From Trypanosoma brucei (taxonomy: Eukaryota): a stretch of 64,000 nt of DNA. Made by a program: the position numbers and the translations under genes. The notes below the pieces were generated by a model. That model was not told the DNA's origin and ran no database searches. It was given only the letters and a program-made list of their open reading frames with translations. The DNA is taken from contig CP000067.1 in NCBI GenBank assembly GCA_000002445.1, positions 480,001 to 544,000 on the forward strand, written 5' to 3'. Of this stretch, positions 11,860-22,726 are shown piece by piece; the stretch's first letter is position 1; every line of letters begins with the position of its first letter.

Positions 11860-13305
11860 TCAGGTCTTCACGGGTACCCAAGTTCTAACGGTGTTGTCGG
11901 CGCTGTAAGTTGCAATAATAGGTTTGCTATCGGCATGATGCGTTGCAGCTCCAACTACACGATCACGGTGACCTTCCAGTCTCTCAACCAGAACAGCATT
12001 ACCTCTCTCTGTAACATCGTAAATGCATGCAGTATTATCCGCACCGCAGGTTACCATAAGATCACATTCTGTGAGGCGCCTCGACGGGGCTTCTCCTTCT
12101 CTTTCTCCATCATCGAAGAAGGCGGGTACATTTTGTTCCTCCCTCACACCCTTCCAGAAAGCCGCCTTGGATGTGTAACCGCGGGTGGGCACGCCGCCGA
12201 CTACATTGCGCAGCATTAGTTCGTGTGGCAGTGACGGGTTGATACCAGGCTCGTAGTACAGGCGCACCATATTGTCCGCTGAAACCACCACCAACCGCTT
12301 CGAATCATCTCGGTTATGGTAAAAACTAATATGTGTGATCGGACTTTGGGATGGCTCATTCTCCACTGATGCTAGGCGTGGAATGTGCGCTACAGAGGTT
12401 TGGTCAACTACGGCCTGCGAACCACCGTTAGGGCCTTCACCTTCCATAGATGAAGACAGCATGGATCCGACCTTACGCAAATCCCATATGGCAATCTGAC
12501 CATTGTTATGACCCGTCACAAGTTGCGTCTTGGAACCGTTAAATGCCAAGGTATTAACTCGCACGTCGTGCCGCCAGGAGATAGTTTTTTTCGTCCGTAT
12601 GTCAACTATTGACGTGTAACGCTTTGAGTCGGTACAAACAAGGGTATAGGCCTTGTCCAAAGGTACTGCTGAGAGAACAAAACCTTTCGACTTGAGTTGA
12701 TAGATTGGTGACGGGCTACCGCTCATGTGTCGCGGGTCCCACACCTTCACAGTGCTATCAAATGAGGCGGAGAGAAGATTGCCACTACCCTCAAACCATG
12801 CAACATCTGCGACGTTCTGCTCGTGTCCGTGAATGGCATGTACCTTCTCCCCAGTCCAAAAGTCGTGCAGGATCAGGCGGCAGTCCAGTCCACCCGTGGC
12901 CAGAAGTGGCATATCTCCTGGAGCAAAGGCTACGCATTGAACAGGTTTTGTGTGCTCGCGCATCTCGCGGCGCAGCTGAAATCGGCGGTTGGGAACGCTC
13001 GGCACCGGGTTATTCTCATAATTAACATCGGCAGAGGTTAAAGTCTCCGCAGGCATGTCGATAACATCGCGGCTCGGAATAGCAGCACGCAGTTCGCGAA
13101 TACTCACAGGAGTTTCCAAAGTAATGCCTTTTGATGCCAACTTACTTAAGGCAATATCAAGTATAGCGCTCAATCGGTACAGCTGTTTCTTAAGAAGCTG
13201 ATTTTCGTGTCGCACCTCCGCCAAGCACTTTTTTAGGAGTATATTTTCATGCCTAACAGTCGCCACAACTTGCGCAGGGGATGAAGCAGACGAGTTGTCC
13301 GCCAT
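11860..13305 (-). CDS. WD40-repeat protein with N-terminal coiled-coil
   Basis: Several WD repeats (GHEQNVADVAWF, LLSASFDSTVKVWD, LVTGHNNGQIAIWDL). There is a leucine-heptad coiled-coil near the N-terminus. The ORF stays open up to 13647 through a low-complexity, pyrimidine-tract-encoding stretch. The Met at 13305 (MADNSSASS) is the more plausible start. Confidence 0.7.
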   Translation of the reverse strand: MADNSSASSPAQVVATVRHENILLKKCLAEVRHENQLLKKQLYRLSAILDIALSKLASKGITLETPVSIRELRAAIPSRDVIDMPAETLTSADVNYENNPVPSVPNRRFQLRREMREHTKPVQCVAFAPGDMPLLATGGLDCRLILHDFWTGEKVHAIHGHEQNVADVAWFEGSGNLLSASFDSTVKVWDPRHMSGSPSPIYQLKSKGFVLSAVPLDKAYTLVCTDSKRYTSIVDIRTKKTISWRHDVRVNTLAFNGSKTQLVTGHNNGQIAIWDLRKVGSMLSSSMEGEGPNGGSQAVVDQTSVAHIPRLASVENEPSQSPITHISFYHNRDDSKRLVVVSADNMVRLYYEPGINPSLPHELMLRNVVGGVPTRGYTSKAAFWKGVREEQNVPAFFDDGEREGEAPSRRLTECDLMVTCGADNTACIYDVTERGNAVLVERLEGHRDRVVGAATHHADSKPIIATYSADNTVRTWVPVKT

Positions 13306-13753
13306 TCTTCGTCTTTCTGACGTAAAAGCAAAGGGAATAACAGAATGCTCTCCACCCACAAGTGGATGCTGGAGACAGAAGTACAGTACGGCAAAGCCAA
13401 CGCGAACGAGATACCAAAGGAAAAAAAAAGACACAGATAATGTAACGTTACTAATCGACACGAAGGGACAGTGAAGGGAGAAAAGGGGTGAAAATAAGAT
13501 TGGACGGACAGTCAAAAGGGGTTGTGAAGGCAGAGGGAATGAAGGGGAAGGAAGCGCCAACAGCGACCGAGGACAAGCTACCAAACCCACAGGGAAAAGG
13601 AAAGTTGGATACGCTGACAAACGAAAGACACGAACACATATGTACAAATATATACATATATATATATTGTGTGTATGTGTGTGTGTGAGGCAAAAATGTC
13701 AACTAACGCTTAATAAACCTACGATTTGTAGCACAAATCATCCGACGGAAACC

Positions 13754-15586
13754 CTACACAGACCATGTATCCACCACATACCTTCCTTGTTTCCTCAGTT
13801 GCTTCATGTACTCCTGACTCTTCGCTTCATCTCCTTCACAACAGCACTGTGTGACGACATCTTCGAGTGTCGTGGCAACATCTTTGGGCATTTGTTTCGA
13901 ATTACCACACACATAGATGGTTGCTCCTGCATCCAGCAACTTCGCGACCCGTCTGGCGTGACGACCAATTTGATGTTGAACGTAGAACTTTTTCTCTCCA
14001 TCCCTAGAAAATGCGGGAAGAACTTGCAGCTGCTTCAGGTGGTCGCGCTTTAAGTCGGCCCACTCCTGCTGATACAGATAGTCCTTCGTCTCGTTCCGGC
14101 ATCCGAAGAAAAGAAGGATGGGGACCTCACCCCAAATGTCAGAGTGCCCAGCACATTCGCGAATTAAGGACCGTATAGGCGCCACACCAGTCCCAGTTCC
14201 AACACACAGCAGCGGGGCCGGTGTGGAGGGCGTAATCATCGTGCCATCCCAAAGGAAGCAAGTGAAGACATCGCCGGGCTTCGCTGAGGTAAGACGGGAG
14301 CTGCATAATCCCCTGCGAGTTCGTTTGTAAGGTGTTTGCCACTCCACAAGTGCGACAGTGAGGTGGAAAGTGTCGCAGTCAACATACGGTGAGGAGGAAA
14401 TGGAAAAAAGGCGGGCACGCATGGGCGGCATGAAACTAAGCAACAATGCTAGCGGCGGTCGCACAGCTCGGAAGTCATCCAGAACTTCCGCAACATTCCT
14501 TTTTTCCCGCTGGCAGTACCACATAAAATCATCCAAGTTATCCGATGACGAGAGTTCCCACAGTCTTTCCTTGAGTTCAGCATCCTCAGCGTAGTGGGCC
14601 ATCATTCTGAAAAATGAACGACTCACCACCGCTTCCAGGTCCACGTAATGCTTCAAAAAGAACCGAAGCGTCATTGGTCGATTAAAAAACGGTTGCTCCT
14701 GTTGTTGGATAATACCCTGTGAGTTGTTGGGTTTTATACAAACCACCTTGTCCCCGTCCTCATTAACTTGGGTCAGTACCCTATCGATGATAGCATCCTC
14801 ATTAGTACAGTACACTCCCAGTGCGTCTCCAACTTCAAAAGCAAGAGGAGTGTCGTATGGTAGCAAGCTTCCCTCAGCGGGCGTAGTTTCACGCGAGAAA
14901 GCAATATGATGCACCGCCTGTAAATGATCTTCCGCTGTAAGCCGTTTGTTCTGAACTAACCTGCAGTTAAACACTGGTTCCCGTCTACGAACTGCCACAT
15001 CCACGCCCCCTTGTGGCGCGGACTCATCATTACAAGGAACCACCTCGTACTTGCATAGAAGAGGTGCGTCGGAAGGATTTTCCTCTTTGAGATGACTGTC
15101 ATCTTCACTTACCAAACCTAGAGCGCGCCACAGTTCCAGCACCCATGGCAGGAAAACTTCATCATAGCCCTTCCTGTCACTCTCATCCCCAAGACCGCGA
15201 TTTAAAAGCGGAGTGCCTCCGAGTTGCCGAAGCCTGTTGTGAAGCATTTTCGCCATGTAATTGAACTTTGGATAAATTGAGTCCCCGGTTCCAAATACAG
15301 CGAAGCGCAATCCGTCCATGGATGGAGCTGTGGAATGCAGTAGCTGTGCCCACGAAATTCTAATAGAATCCGGAGCTTCGCCCTGATTGGCATTTGAACA
15401 TATAATAACCAGCGGTGTGGCATCACGCCACTTATCGAGCGGGAATTCGTCGGCAGGAAGACAAACACAGCGTTTGAACCCACGTTTTATGGCCAGAGAA
15501 GCAAACGTGAAGGCCAACTGCTCTGCAGAACCCGTTTGAGTGCCGTAGAGAATGGTTATAGTTCCAATCCCTTCATTTTCCTCCAT
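13754..15586 (-). CDS. NADPH-dependent diflavin oxidoreductase (NDOR1/Tah18-like; flavodoxin + FAD/NADPH ferredoxin-reductase domains)
   Basis: 610 aa. N-terminal flavodoxin FMN motif ITILYGTQTGSAEQLAF. C-terminal FAD/NADPH-binding region (RLFSISSS, GTGVAPIRS, YVCG). The size fits NDOR1/Tah18 rather than full cytochrome P450 reductase, and there is no membrane anchor. Confidence 0.75.
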   Translation of the reverse strand: MEENEGIGTITILYGTQTGSAEQLAFTFASLAIKRGFKRCVCLPADEFPLDKWRDATPLVIICSNANQGEAPDSIRISWAQLLHSTAPSMDGLRFAVFGTGDSIYPKFNYMAKMLHNRLRQLGGTPLLNRGLGDESDRKGYDEVFLPWVLELWRALGLVSEDDSHLKEENPSDAPLLCKYEVVPCNDESAPQGGVDVAVRRREPVFNCRLVQNKRLTAEDHLQAVHHIAFSRETTPAEGSLLPYDTPLAFEVGDALGVYCTNEDAIIDRVLTQVNEDGDKVVCIKPNNSQGIIQQQEQPFFNRPMTLRFFLKHYVDLEAVVSRSFFRMMAHYAEDAELKERLWELSSSDNLDDFMWYCQREKRNVAEVLDDFRAVRPPLALLLSFMPPMRARLFSISSSPYVDCDTFHLTVALVEWQTPYKRTRRGLCSSRLTSAKPGDVFTCFLWDGTMITPSTPAPLLCVGTGTGVAPIRSLIRECAGHSDIWGEVPILLFFGCRNETKDYLYQQEWADLKRDHLKQLQVLPAFSRDGEKKFYVQHQIGRHARRVAKLLDAGATIYVCGNSKQMPKDVATTLEDVVTQCCCEGDEAKSQEYMKQLRKQGRYVVDTWSV

Positions 15587-15943
15587 GACCCACGGTTATT
15601 TCTTTGCCACCTCAAACTGCTGTCTGTCGGGAGCGGAACAGACGACGAAAAAAATAATAGTATGAACAGTGAACATCAAAGGGAAATTGCCAAAAAAAGA
15701 CATCAGCAAAAGAAGTGACGATACTCACAATGTTGACATAATGTAACGACTAAAATGCTCCCCTTCCCCCAACCATCCAGCAAAACACACACACACACAC
15801 ATACACACACAATAAATATATATATATATATATTAAAAAAATAATAAAATAGCGACCGACAAAAGTAAAAATAAACGATGTCATTTTTATCGGCAGGCCA
15901 TTGAGTTATTATAACTTTCTCCGGAAACTTTCCCTCGGAGCAT

Positions 15944-16987
15944 TTAAGCCTCCTCCCCTGAGGCCGTAGCATTTGCGCAGTAAACGTAAAACACCTCTTC
16001 AGGTTCACACGCACTGGAGGGATCCCGAGACCTGATCTCTCCGACTTCCCTCCCGACAGCTTTACTCCCAGCGCCATTTCGCATGCTTTCCACGTGAGGC
16101 AGTGAAATCACAGGCTTACCGCATTGATGGGGTGTGCACGAATCCCCCTTTCCGCCTTTCGCTGTATCATGTTGCTCTCCACCGTGTTGGCCAGTGATGC
16201 AAACCGATTGGTTAAGAGACGAGTTCCGCCTTTCTTGCCTCATCGCTGCTGCAGAACTGCCGCCGTTATCCGGCTCCTTCACCAACGAACTGCTGCCAGC
16301 ATTATCAGCAAGGTGAGGCGAATCGGCTGACACCTTCTGCCCCCGAGCCCTCTCGTGGTGTTGCTGCGGCTTTTCCCCACTTTCATCATTATTATCACTA
16401 TTATTTGCCTCCTCCTCTGGAGAGTCGCCTCCCATACTGTCACACGCATTCTTTAATGCAACCGTGGAGGTAGCAGTATTACTCCGATTTTGTTCTTGCG
16501 GAATCTTGGGGCTGAGGGTTGCATCACCCTCCCTGAGAGTCTGTCTTCCTGTCTCAAACGTCTCTTGCGTAATCAGCCGTTGTCGAGCCTCTTGGGCCAT
16601 CTTCAGCGCCTCCTTTCGTGCCTTCACGTGGTCCATATACCGACGGTAGGCTTGCAGCTTCAAAAGAGAGGAACCACCTGTTATACCAGCTTCTATGCAG
16701 GCGAGAAGAGCGTCACGCATTGGGACATCAACGGCAAATTTTTGGCTAACCAACTCGGGGTTGCCCTGGAGGTACTCAAAGTGTTGTCGGAGGGACACTG
16801 GTGCCAAAACAACAGACGAGTCAACATTGCAAAGTTTACACGCATGAAGCGACCGCGGCGAGTTCAGTTGTGGAGGGCCAGTGTCGTTGCCTGCGGAATG
16901 CGGTGATGAATGGGTGGCGCTACAACAGTTACGCTCCCATTCATCCTGGTAGCTCTCTAAATTTTCAAGGCTAATGAAGCCATCCAT
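15944..16987 (-). CDS. hypothetical protein, Ser/Asn/Gly-rich C-terminal half
   Basis: The ORF is open from 17068, but its first 27 codons (MWRCCCFFHLIPLPF) are read from the upstream pyrimidine tract. The Met at 16987 (MDGFISLENLESYQDEW) is the likely start. No domain recognised. Confidence 0.5.
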   Translation of the reverse strand: MDGFISLENLESYQDEWERNCCSATHSSPHSAGNDTGPPQLNSPRSLHACKLCNVDSSVVLAPVSLRQHFEYLQGNPELVSQKFAVDVPMRDALLACIEAGITGGSSLLKLQAYRRYMDHVKARKEALKMAQEARQRLITQETFETGRQTLREGDATLSPKIPQEQNRSNTATSTVALKNACDSMGGDSPEEEANNSDNNDESGEKPQQHHERARGQKVSADSPHLADNAGSSSLVKEPDNGGSSAAAMRQERRNSSLNQSVCITGQHGGEQHDTAKGGKGDSCTPHQCGKPVISLPHVESMRNGAGSKAVGREVGEIRSRDPSSACEPEEVFYVYCANATASGEEA

Positions 16988-17346
16988 CACCACCGTATCG
17001 GGTGGCCCTTCAAAGAACAGAGGAAACGGGAGAGGAATCAAGTGGAAGAAACAACAGCAACGCCACATAAAGTGGAAAGTGGGTCGAAATATTAATCATT
17101 CAGTGGCAACGCGGGAGGTGCCATTTAAGTTAAAGGAGTAGTGTAAAACAGAAGGAAAAGGATATAAAAAAAATGGAAAGGAGCACACCGGAGGCCTCCT
17201 CCCGTACCAACTCAAAAAGAGGCGATAAACAAACTTCAAACCGTCACGCACATCGGAATATGCAACTGCCGCGTCCACTCCCTCTCCGGCCCTATACCCA
17301 AACTTTACTACGGCGGTAACACCCAATTTTTGGACTCGGCGCCGTT

Positions 17347-19032
17347 TCACAGTGAAATGTTGGAAAGCATTGAAAGTATCATTCCATAGGCTTCACGTGT
17401 TATCTGTACAAAGGTGCTATCCTGCACCACGCGGCAGCTAAACGTTGGAACAAATCTCTCGTCTGTCAGCGCTCTTGTGGCGATAACAGACCAGCAAGAC
17501 TGCTCGAATCTTATTTCCTCCCCACCAGCAAATATCTCCACTTTACCCGATAGCACCAGCGTGAACACATCGGAGGGGACACCAGCGCGGTACAACCAAA
17601 TATTTGCTTTATCATCCTTACTAAGGCCACGTGCGTCGTGTGGTGCACGGGTCTTGTAAAAAGCTGCATACATTTCAACGGCCCGAAGCAAATGGGCGCA
17701 CTCACCCTGTGAGCAGTCGTGGAATTCAGGCAATGACCTAGACAAAAACAAAGCGACTGCCTTCAACTGGTTCTTGCCCATGTGCACTCGTCGTGAGCAT
17801 CTTGACGACAAACCAACTTGTCTTCTTTGAGTATATGACGAATTACCCACCAACCTCTTGGGGACAGTATCATATTCATCAAATATTTCGCTGTGAATAA
17901 GTTCCTCAATAACATCTTCCAAGGTCACAAGTCCTTTTATCTCGTAGTAGGGATCCCCACACGGTCGTTGTTGTACCTCCTGCACGACGGCAATATGAGA
18001 CCTTCCAGTTTGGAAACATTCCAACATAGAGCTAAGCTTTGTTTCGGAATGAACGATATGGCAGCTTCTGTTGTAAAACTTTACTAACACAAGCACAGGT
18101 GTCTCTTCTTCGGGGTTGACCATCAAGAGGTCTCTTGTGAATAGCGCGCCAACGATGTTATTCCTATTCCCCTGGTATACAGGAATGCGGCTGTGGCCCC
18201 TTTCACAGATAAGCTGAATGGTTTCTTCATTCAGAGGTTGACTGGCCTCCAGCATGAACGTCTCCCATATGGGTGTAAGGACATCCATCACAGTTTTCTC
18301 ATGTAGTTCCATAGCGCCCACCATGAGATCCGCCTCCCGCTCGCCAAGGCCGGATTCGGCACCACGCGCAGCGTGCATAAACATCAGTTTCTTTAACTCG
18401 TTTCGCTCATATATCTGCCCAGGGTCCATACCAATAAAACGGTCCAGAACCATACTGAGGGGCTTACAGACTGGGTAGAACAGTAACACGAAGAATTTTA
18501 CAAGGTACACACTTTTTGCTCCCACACGCAGTGCATGCGCTGACATTATGGCCTGCGGCAACACCTCGCCGCCGATGGTGGTGAGCGCCGTCGCAACTAC
18601 CGTGGCTCCCCATCCTGACAAATGAGAATCTGTTATTTGCGCAATGAGTGTGTTGACCATCACGTTTCCTAACAGTAGTGTACAGAGAAGCTGGTTTCCG
18701 AGGCGACGGATTGGTAAGATTTTCGCGGCGTGGCCTTTGTCCGGCTCTGGGCCGCTGTCCGCAATTATCTCCAACGAGAGAGTGTCAAGTCCCATGATCG
18801 CCAGTGTCAATCCAGCAAATATGGCGGCAAAGCAGAGTAGTATACTGTCGGCGACGATGAGAAACCACCAACTTGCCTCTACTTCGCTCGCTACTCCAGC
18901 GGCTGCAGCCGTTGGTGTTGGTACCGACGGAAGGGTATGATTATTCACTGAATCATTGAGCGCCACTGCACCAATGACAGCCGTTGCGGTCAGCTTAGCG
19001 TATGTCCACCAGGTTCCGTGGTGCCCACCCAT
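17347..19032 (-). CDS. CNNM/CorC-family putative divalent metal (Mg2+) transporter: DUF21 transmembrane domain + CBS pair + cNMP-binding-like C-terminus
   Basis: 561 aa. The N-terminal multi-helix hydrophobic DUF21-like region (FLIVADSILLCFAAIFAGLTLAIMGLDTLSLEI, QLLCTLLLGNVMVNT) is followed by a CBS-pair-like region (VMDVLTPIWETFMLEASQPLNEE..., VTLEDVIEELIHSEIFDE). Confidence 0.8.
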   Translation of the reverse strand: MGGHHGTWWTYAKLTATAVIGAVALNDSVNNHTLPSVPTPTAAAAGVASEVEASWWFLIVADSILLCFAAIFAGLTLAIMGLDTLSLEIIADSGPEPDKGHAAKILPIRRLGNQLLCTLLLGNVMVNTLIAQITDSHLSGWGATVVATALTTIGGEVLPQAIMSAHALRVGAKSVYLVKFFVLLFYPVCKPLSMVLDRFIGMDPGQIYERNELKKLMFMHAARGAESGLGEREADLMVGAMELHEKTVMDVLTPIWETFMLEASQPLNEETIQLICERGHSRIPVYQGNRNNIVGALFTRDLLMVNPEEETPVLVLVKFYNRSCHIVHSETKLSSMLECFQTGRSHIAVVQEVQQRPCGDPYYEIKGLVTLEDVIEELIHSEIFDEYDTVPKRLVGNSSYTQRRQVGLSSRCSRRVHMGKNQLKAVALFLSRSLPEFHDCSQGECAHLLRAVEMYAAFYKTRAPHDARGLSKDDKANIWLYRAGVPSDVFTLVLSGKVEIFAGGEEIRFEQSCWSVIATRALTDERFVPTFSCRVVQDSTFVQITREAYGMILSMLSNISL

Positions 19033-19916
19033 CTTTTGGTGGTATCACTTCTTCCCCTCCTATAAATACCACGGCCTTTCCTTGTTGTTTTGCTTCCGGG
19101 TATCACCTTGCACTGCTGCAGTGCCCCTTTCCAACCTTTAAGGTAAAGCAAGCAAGTCTGTGAGCGTCACAGCGGAAGAAAAACATTGGTGTTGCGACCA
19201 AAGAACAGGTAATAGACGTGATTAAAGGAAGGCAAACAGTAACAAAGAACAGAAGCCCGCTGGGGGGGGGAATTTCTTTTTTCCCCCATTCTTTTCATAA
19301 TCTCCTGCTTCCCAAAGCATGAGTATCGGTCCTATGACTTTCAGGGTCCACTGCTTAACCGGTGCCTACCCACATTGATTTTTTTACCCAAACCAAAAAT
19401 GTAACAACACATTACGATGAGGAAATCCCACCCGAGGTTTCTAATGATGTGCGGTAAAAGAATACCATATTTCACTTCACGAAAAAAGCGTATATATATA
19501 TGTGTGCGTGCGCATTTATATACCTACGGTTTCCCCAAATGTTCGCGCGTGCACATCCACATGCGAAGGAGAAAGAAAGAATGTGGAAAAATCCAACATA
19601 GTAAGCGATAAACATGGTCTGACATTCGCTAGCGTTAAGGCGCATATGGTCAGGGTCCGTTTTGTGGCAAAACGAAAAAGAAAAAAGAACGACAAAAAGA
19701 CATTAGCAATAGAGTATAATGTGATGAAGTTGTAAAATCAAATGTGGAGAAAAACCATCTCTTAAAAACGACACTCTTTTGAGAGGTAGGGATGGGGCTA
19801 TCAAGTGGACCACACACCTTCTCCTACTAGAGAGTTGCTTTTTTTTTTTACGGAAAAAGAAATTTGCGGCTCCATCCCTCGTAGAACTACTGCAGCATCT
19901 CCATTCCAATTACCGC

Positions 19917-22478
19917 TTACTCACTTATGAGCCGATCGCTGCTACAAGCCGGCAGCCGCCGTTTATTGGTTTTTGAGGATGAAGTGGCGCACAACACCTC
20001 CTGCGTGAGCCGCTCAATCAATGCGCCTTCGCTCGCGATCCCCTCCGTGTGTTCGTCACTTTTATCAATGTGCCAGTTAGTCGGATCCCTTTGCTCTGGT
20101 AGCAGCGACCGCGTAGAGGCACCATGAATAGTCTTCACTGATTGCTCCGCCTTGGTGGTGGTGGTACCGCGGACATTCGTTCTGGAAAAAGAAGGTGGTA
20201 ATGTCCACCTCACATTTCTGCTTGTCATGTGATGCCCCTTCAAGTTTGGCAGGGGGAGCACGAAGACCGTCGATCTCTCGCTTTGTTCGTTTCCCCTGCT
20301 GCAATTCATATGGTTCGAGCTACGGTGCGACGGTGGAATGTTACTTCCCTTGTCTGTTGCTCCGGCACCGCTGCAATCAAATAGAAAATTGTAAGCCTCC
20401 TCCATATTATCTTGTTCCCCTTCGCTACGTTTTGTCACCTCGCTGTCACCAGATCCTACATTCTGTTTACAACACTTGCTAAGTTCACCCTGGACATCAT
20501 GCTCCACATCCATATCCTCTTCATCCCTCTCAACGGTAGATGTTGGCTGATCAAGTAGCAGCTCTCTGATATACTCCCCATCATCCTCTTCGCTTCGATT
20601 TTTCCCGACTGTACGTGCAATTTCAGTGCTCGAGGCAGCGCGCGAAAGGAAATCATCAAACTTATCAACGAAACACACCTCTGGGCCATATACCACCAAA
20701 AACTCCTGTAGCAGAGCTTCACACGAGTGTTTGGTACACGTCCCATGGGGTTCCATACCATAACGCTTTAGCCGTAGTTGCAGGTTGCGCATCACCAGTG
20801 CATTACTTCCTTCAACTGCGTCACGCAGTAATTGTTGGAGTAGCGCCCTGTCGAATTCATGGCCGTCAGCCAGGTGCAGCGCGATAAGGCGGGAGGCGCA
20901 GACCGCGGCCAGTAGTGCAGGTCGGACATGTGGCAATGCAACACCACCATGACATGTGATAAGACGGTTAGAAAGCAGTGAGTATTGTCCGGGCCTCTCT
21001 GTTTCAGTTGTGGGAATACCAACAAACAATGCCAACTGATGAAAAGTACAAACACACTGAAAATCTGTCTTCAAGTGCGCGTAGAGAAGGGGAAGCCCGT
21101 CTAGAACATTTCCATACACCCCTTGGTTGCCCGTACAGACAGTTGGGGCTGCATGAATTAGCTTCACGATGTTTGGGGATGCAAGGAGTGTGACGATCTC
21201 CGCGGGGAAACCGCAACAAGGTGCACCCGCTGTGGATAGACGACAAAGCAGTGAAATGGTGCTGTCAAAAACGATTACAGCACCCTGAGCAGTGGCAATT
21301 TCCAGAGAGAATCTATCTTTATCCGGTTGCTGTACACAGTAAAGTCCTGTGACTGTTGCGCTACAGATGGCCTGCAGCACCACCTCGTCACCGCAGCGCG
21401 GCGCATACGGCAGATCAACGCGCAAATAATACCGATCCAGGCATCCCGCGCCTTCATTTGTGTCTACGCCGTGAGCGGAAATAGATAGGGGATGACCCAC
21501 TGATGTGCACATATACAATACATTCGCTGCACCACGGCTGGTGTGCAGAAACGTTGAATGCAGCATAACGCACCCTTCACTATCGCGATCTATCACAAAC
21601 TGCACGTCGGGGTGGTCAACCAACGCAAGTGCATCAGGGAAACGGATCGCGAACTCATGTGTGATTGCAGAGTGCCGCAGCCCTCCTGGTGTGATGAAGT
21701 TTAATTTGTACACTGCCCGCACCTCACCCACGGAAGCTTTGAACGTTGGTAACAGAAGGGCCAAAATGTTCACGGCGCGGCGAAGCACCTCAGGTTGAGA
21801 CTGCAGGGAATAAAATGAGTTAGCTGTTCTTGTTGACGAAGACGATGCGATGACTTCATTTGAGAGACGAACAACACTATGGTCTTCCGACCACTCGAGA
21901 ACAGGGGGCACCGATCCGCCAACCAGCTCCTTCCGCTCCAGCGTGTGGAGCGTGGCAACAGATAACTGCCCGAGGCGTGTTTGTTCCTTCAACAGCGCAT
22001 ACGATACGAAGTAAGTGGGAACAACACCACTTAATTCGGAAATCACGCCATCTCCGCATTGCTCACGCGTACGTTCTTGCTCGTTACGCCACCCATCAGA
22101 TACCCAAGGCTGCCAACGCACAAGCGGCCCCTCATCTCCATCTTCACCAAGTGTTGTCGAGCTTAAGGAAAGGAACAGTGGCACAAGAGGCATAAGAGCG
22201 CTCTTAAACGCCTCAAACGACATGTCTGATGGCACCGTTTCCATCGATATCGCCCTTCGCCACACAGTTCTCACGGGAAGTGGTTGAGCGGGAATGACAC
22301 GAAGCAAATGTCGGGGTGTTAGGTGAGGACACACGGTAGGGTGGATCGCTGATATGTACTGGTTAAGCGCTTCATCCAATTCAGCGGCTGACGCCCCAGA
22401 TGGCGATAACATTTTTCTCACTTTGCGCAACGCCCCAGCCGGCAGGTGTTGCCATAGCTTCATATGGTTCCTCATCCG
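19917..22478 (-). CDS. hypothetical protein (about 853 aa)
   Basis: Long ORF with unbiased composition. The ORF track extends to 22592, but codons 1-38 are read from an (ATA)n / low-complexity spacer. The Met at 22478 (MRNHMKLWQ) is the more plausible start. No family recognised. Confidence 0.6.
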   Translation of the reverse strand, partial: RMRNHMKLWQHLPAGALRKVRKMLSPSGASAAELDEALNQYISAIHPTVCPHLTPRHLLRVIPAQPLPVRTVWRRAISMETVPSDMSFEAFKSALMPLVPLFLSLSSTTLGEDGDEGPLVRWQPWVSDGWRNEQERTREQCGDGVISELSGVVPTYFVSYALLKEQTRLGQLSVATLHTLERKELVGGSVPPVLEWSEDHSVVRLSNEVIASSSSTRTANSFYSLQSQPEVLRRAVNILALLLPTFKASVGEVRAVYKLNFITPGGLRHSAITHEFAIRFPDALALVDHPDVQFVIDRDSEGCVMLHSTFLHTSRGAANVLYMCTSVGHPLSISAHGVDTNEGAGCLDRYYLRVDLPYAPRCGDEVVLQAICSATVTGLYCVQQPDKDRFSLEIATAQGAVIVFDSTISLLCRLSTAGAPCCGFPAEIVTLLASPNIVKLIHAAPTVCTGNQGVYGNVLDGLPLLYAHLKTDFQCVCTFHQLALFVGIPTTETERPGQYSLLSNRLITCHGGVALPHVRPALLAAVCASRLIALHLADGHEFDRALLQQLLRDAVEGSNALVMRNLQLRLKRYGMEPHGTCTKHSCEALLQEFLVVYGPEVCFVDKFDDFLSRAASSTEIARTVGKNRSEEDDGEYIRELLLDQPTSTVERDEEDMDVEHDVQGELSKCCKQNVGSGDSEVTKRSEGEQDNMEEAYNFLFDCSGAGATDKGSNIPPSHRSSNHMNCSRGNEQSERSTVFVLPLPNLKGHHMTSRNVRWTLPPSFSRTNVRGTTTTKAEQSVKTIHGASTRSLLPEQRDPTNWHIDKSDEHTEGIASEGALIERLTQEVLCATSSSKTNKRRLPACSSDRLISE

Positions 22479-22726
22479 AACAAAAAGGTTGGGGCACAGC
22501 AGAACTTGAAGTGGCGTTGACGCGCACAAAATAATAATAATAATAATGTATATATACATGAATACAGTAGTAGAAGGGATTGTGAGCCACACTCCATCTG
22601 CATCCCACCGTAAATATCTGCCATTGCGTCTTTGTTTTTTTTGGTTGTACGAACAGGAAAAAGGCCACGCGCGTCAAAGGCACCATCGCCCCCCCCCCCC
22701 TCTCGTCTACACCAATATGACTGCTA

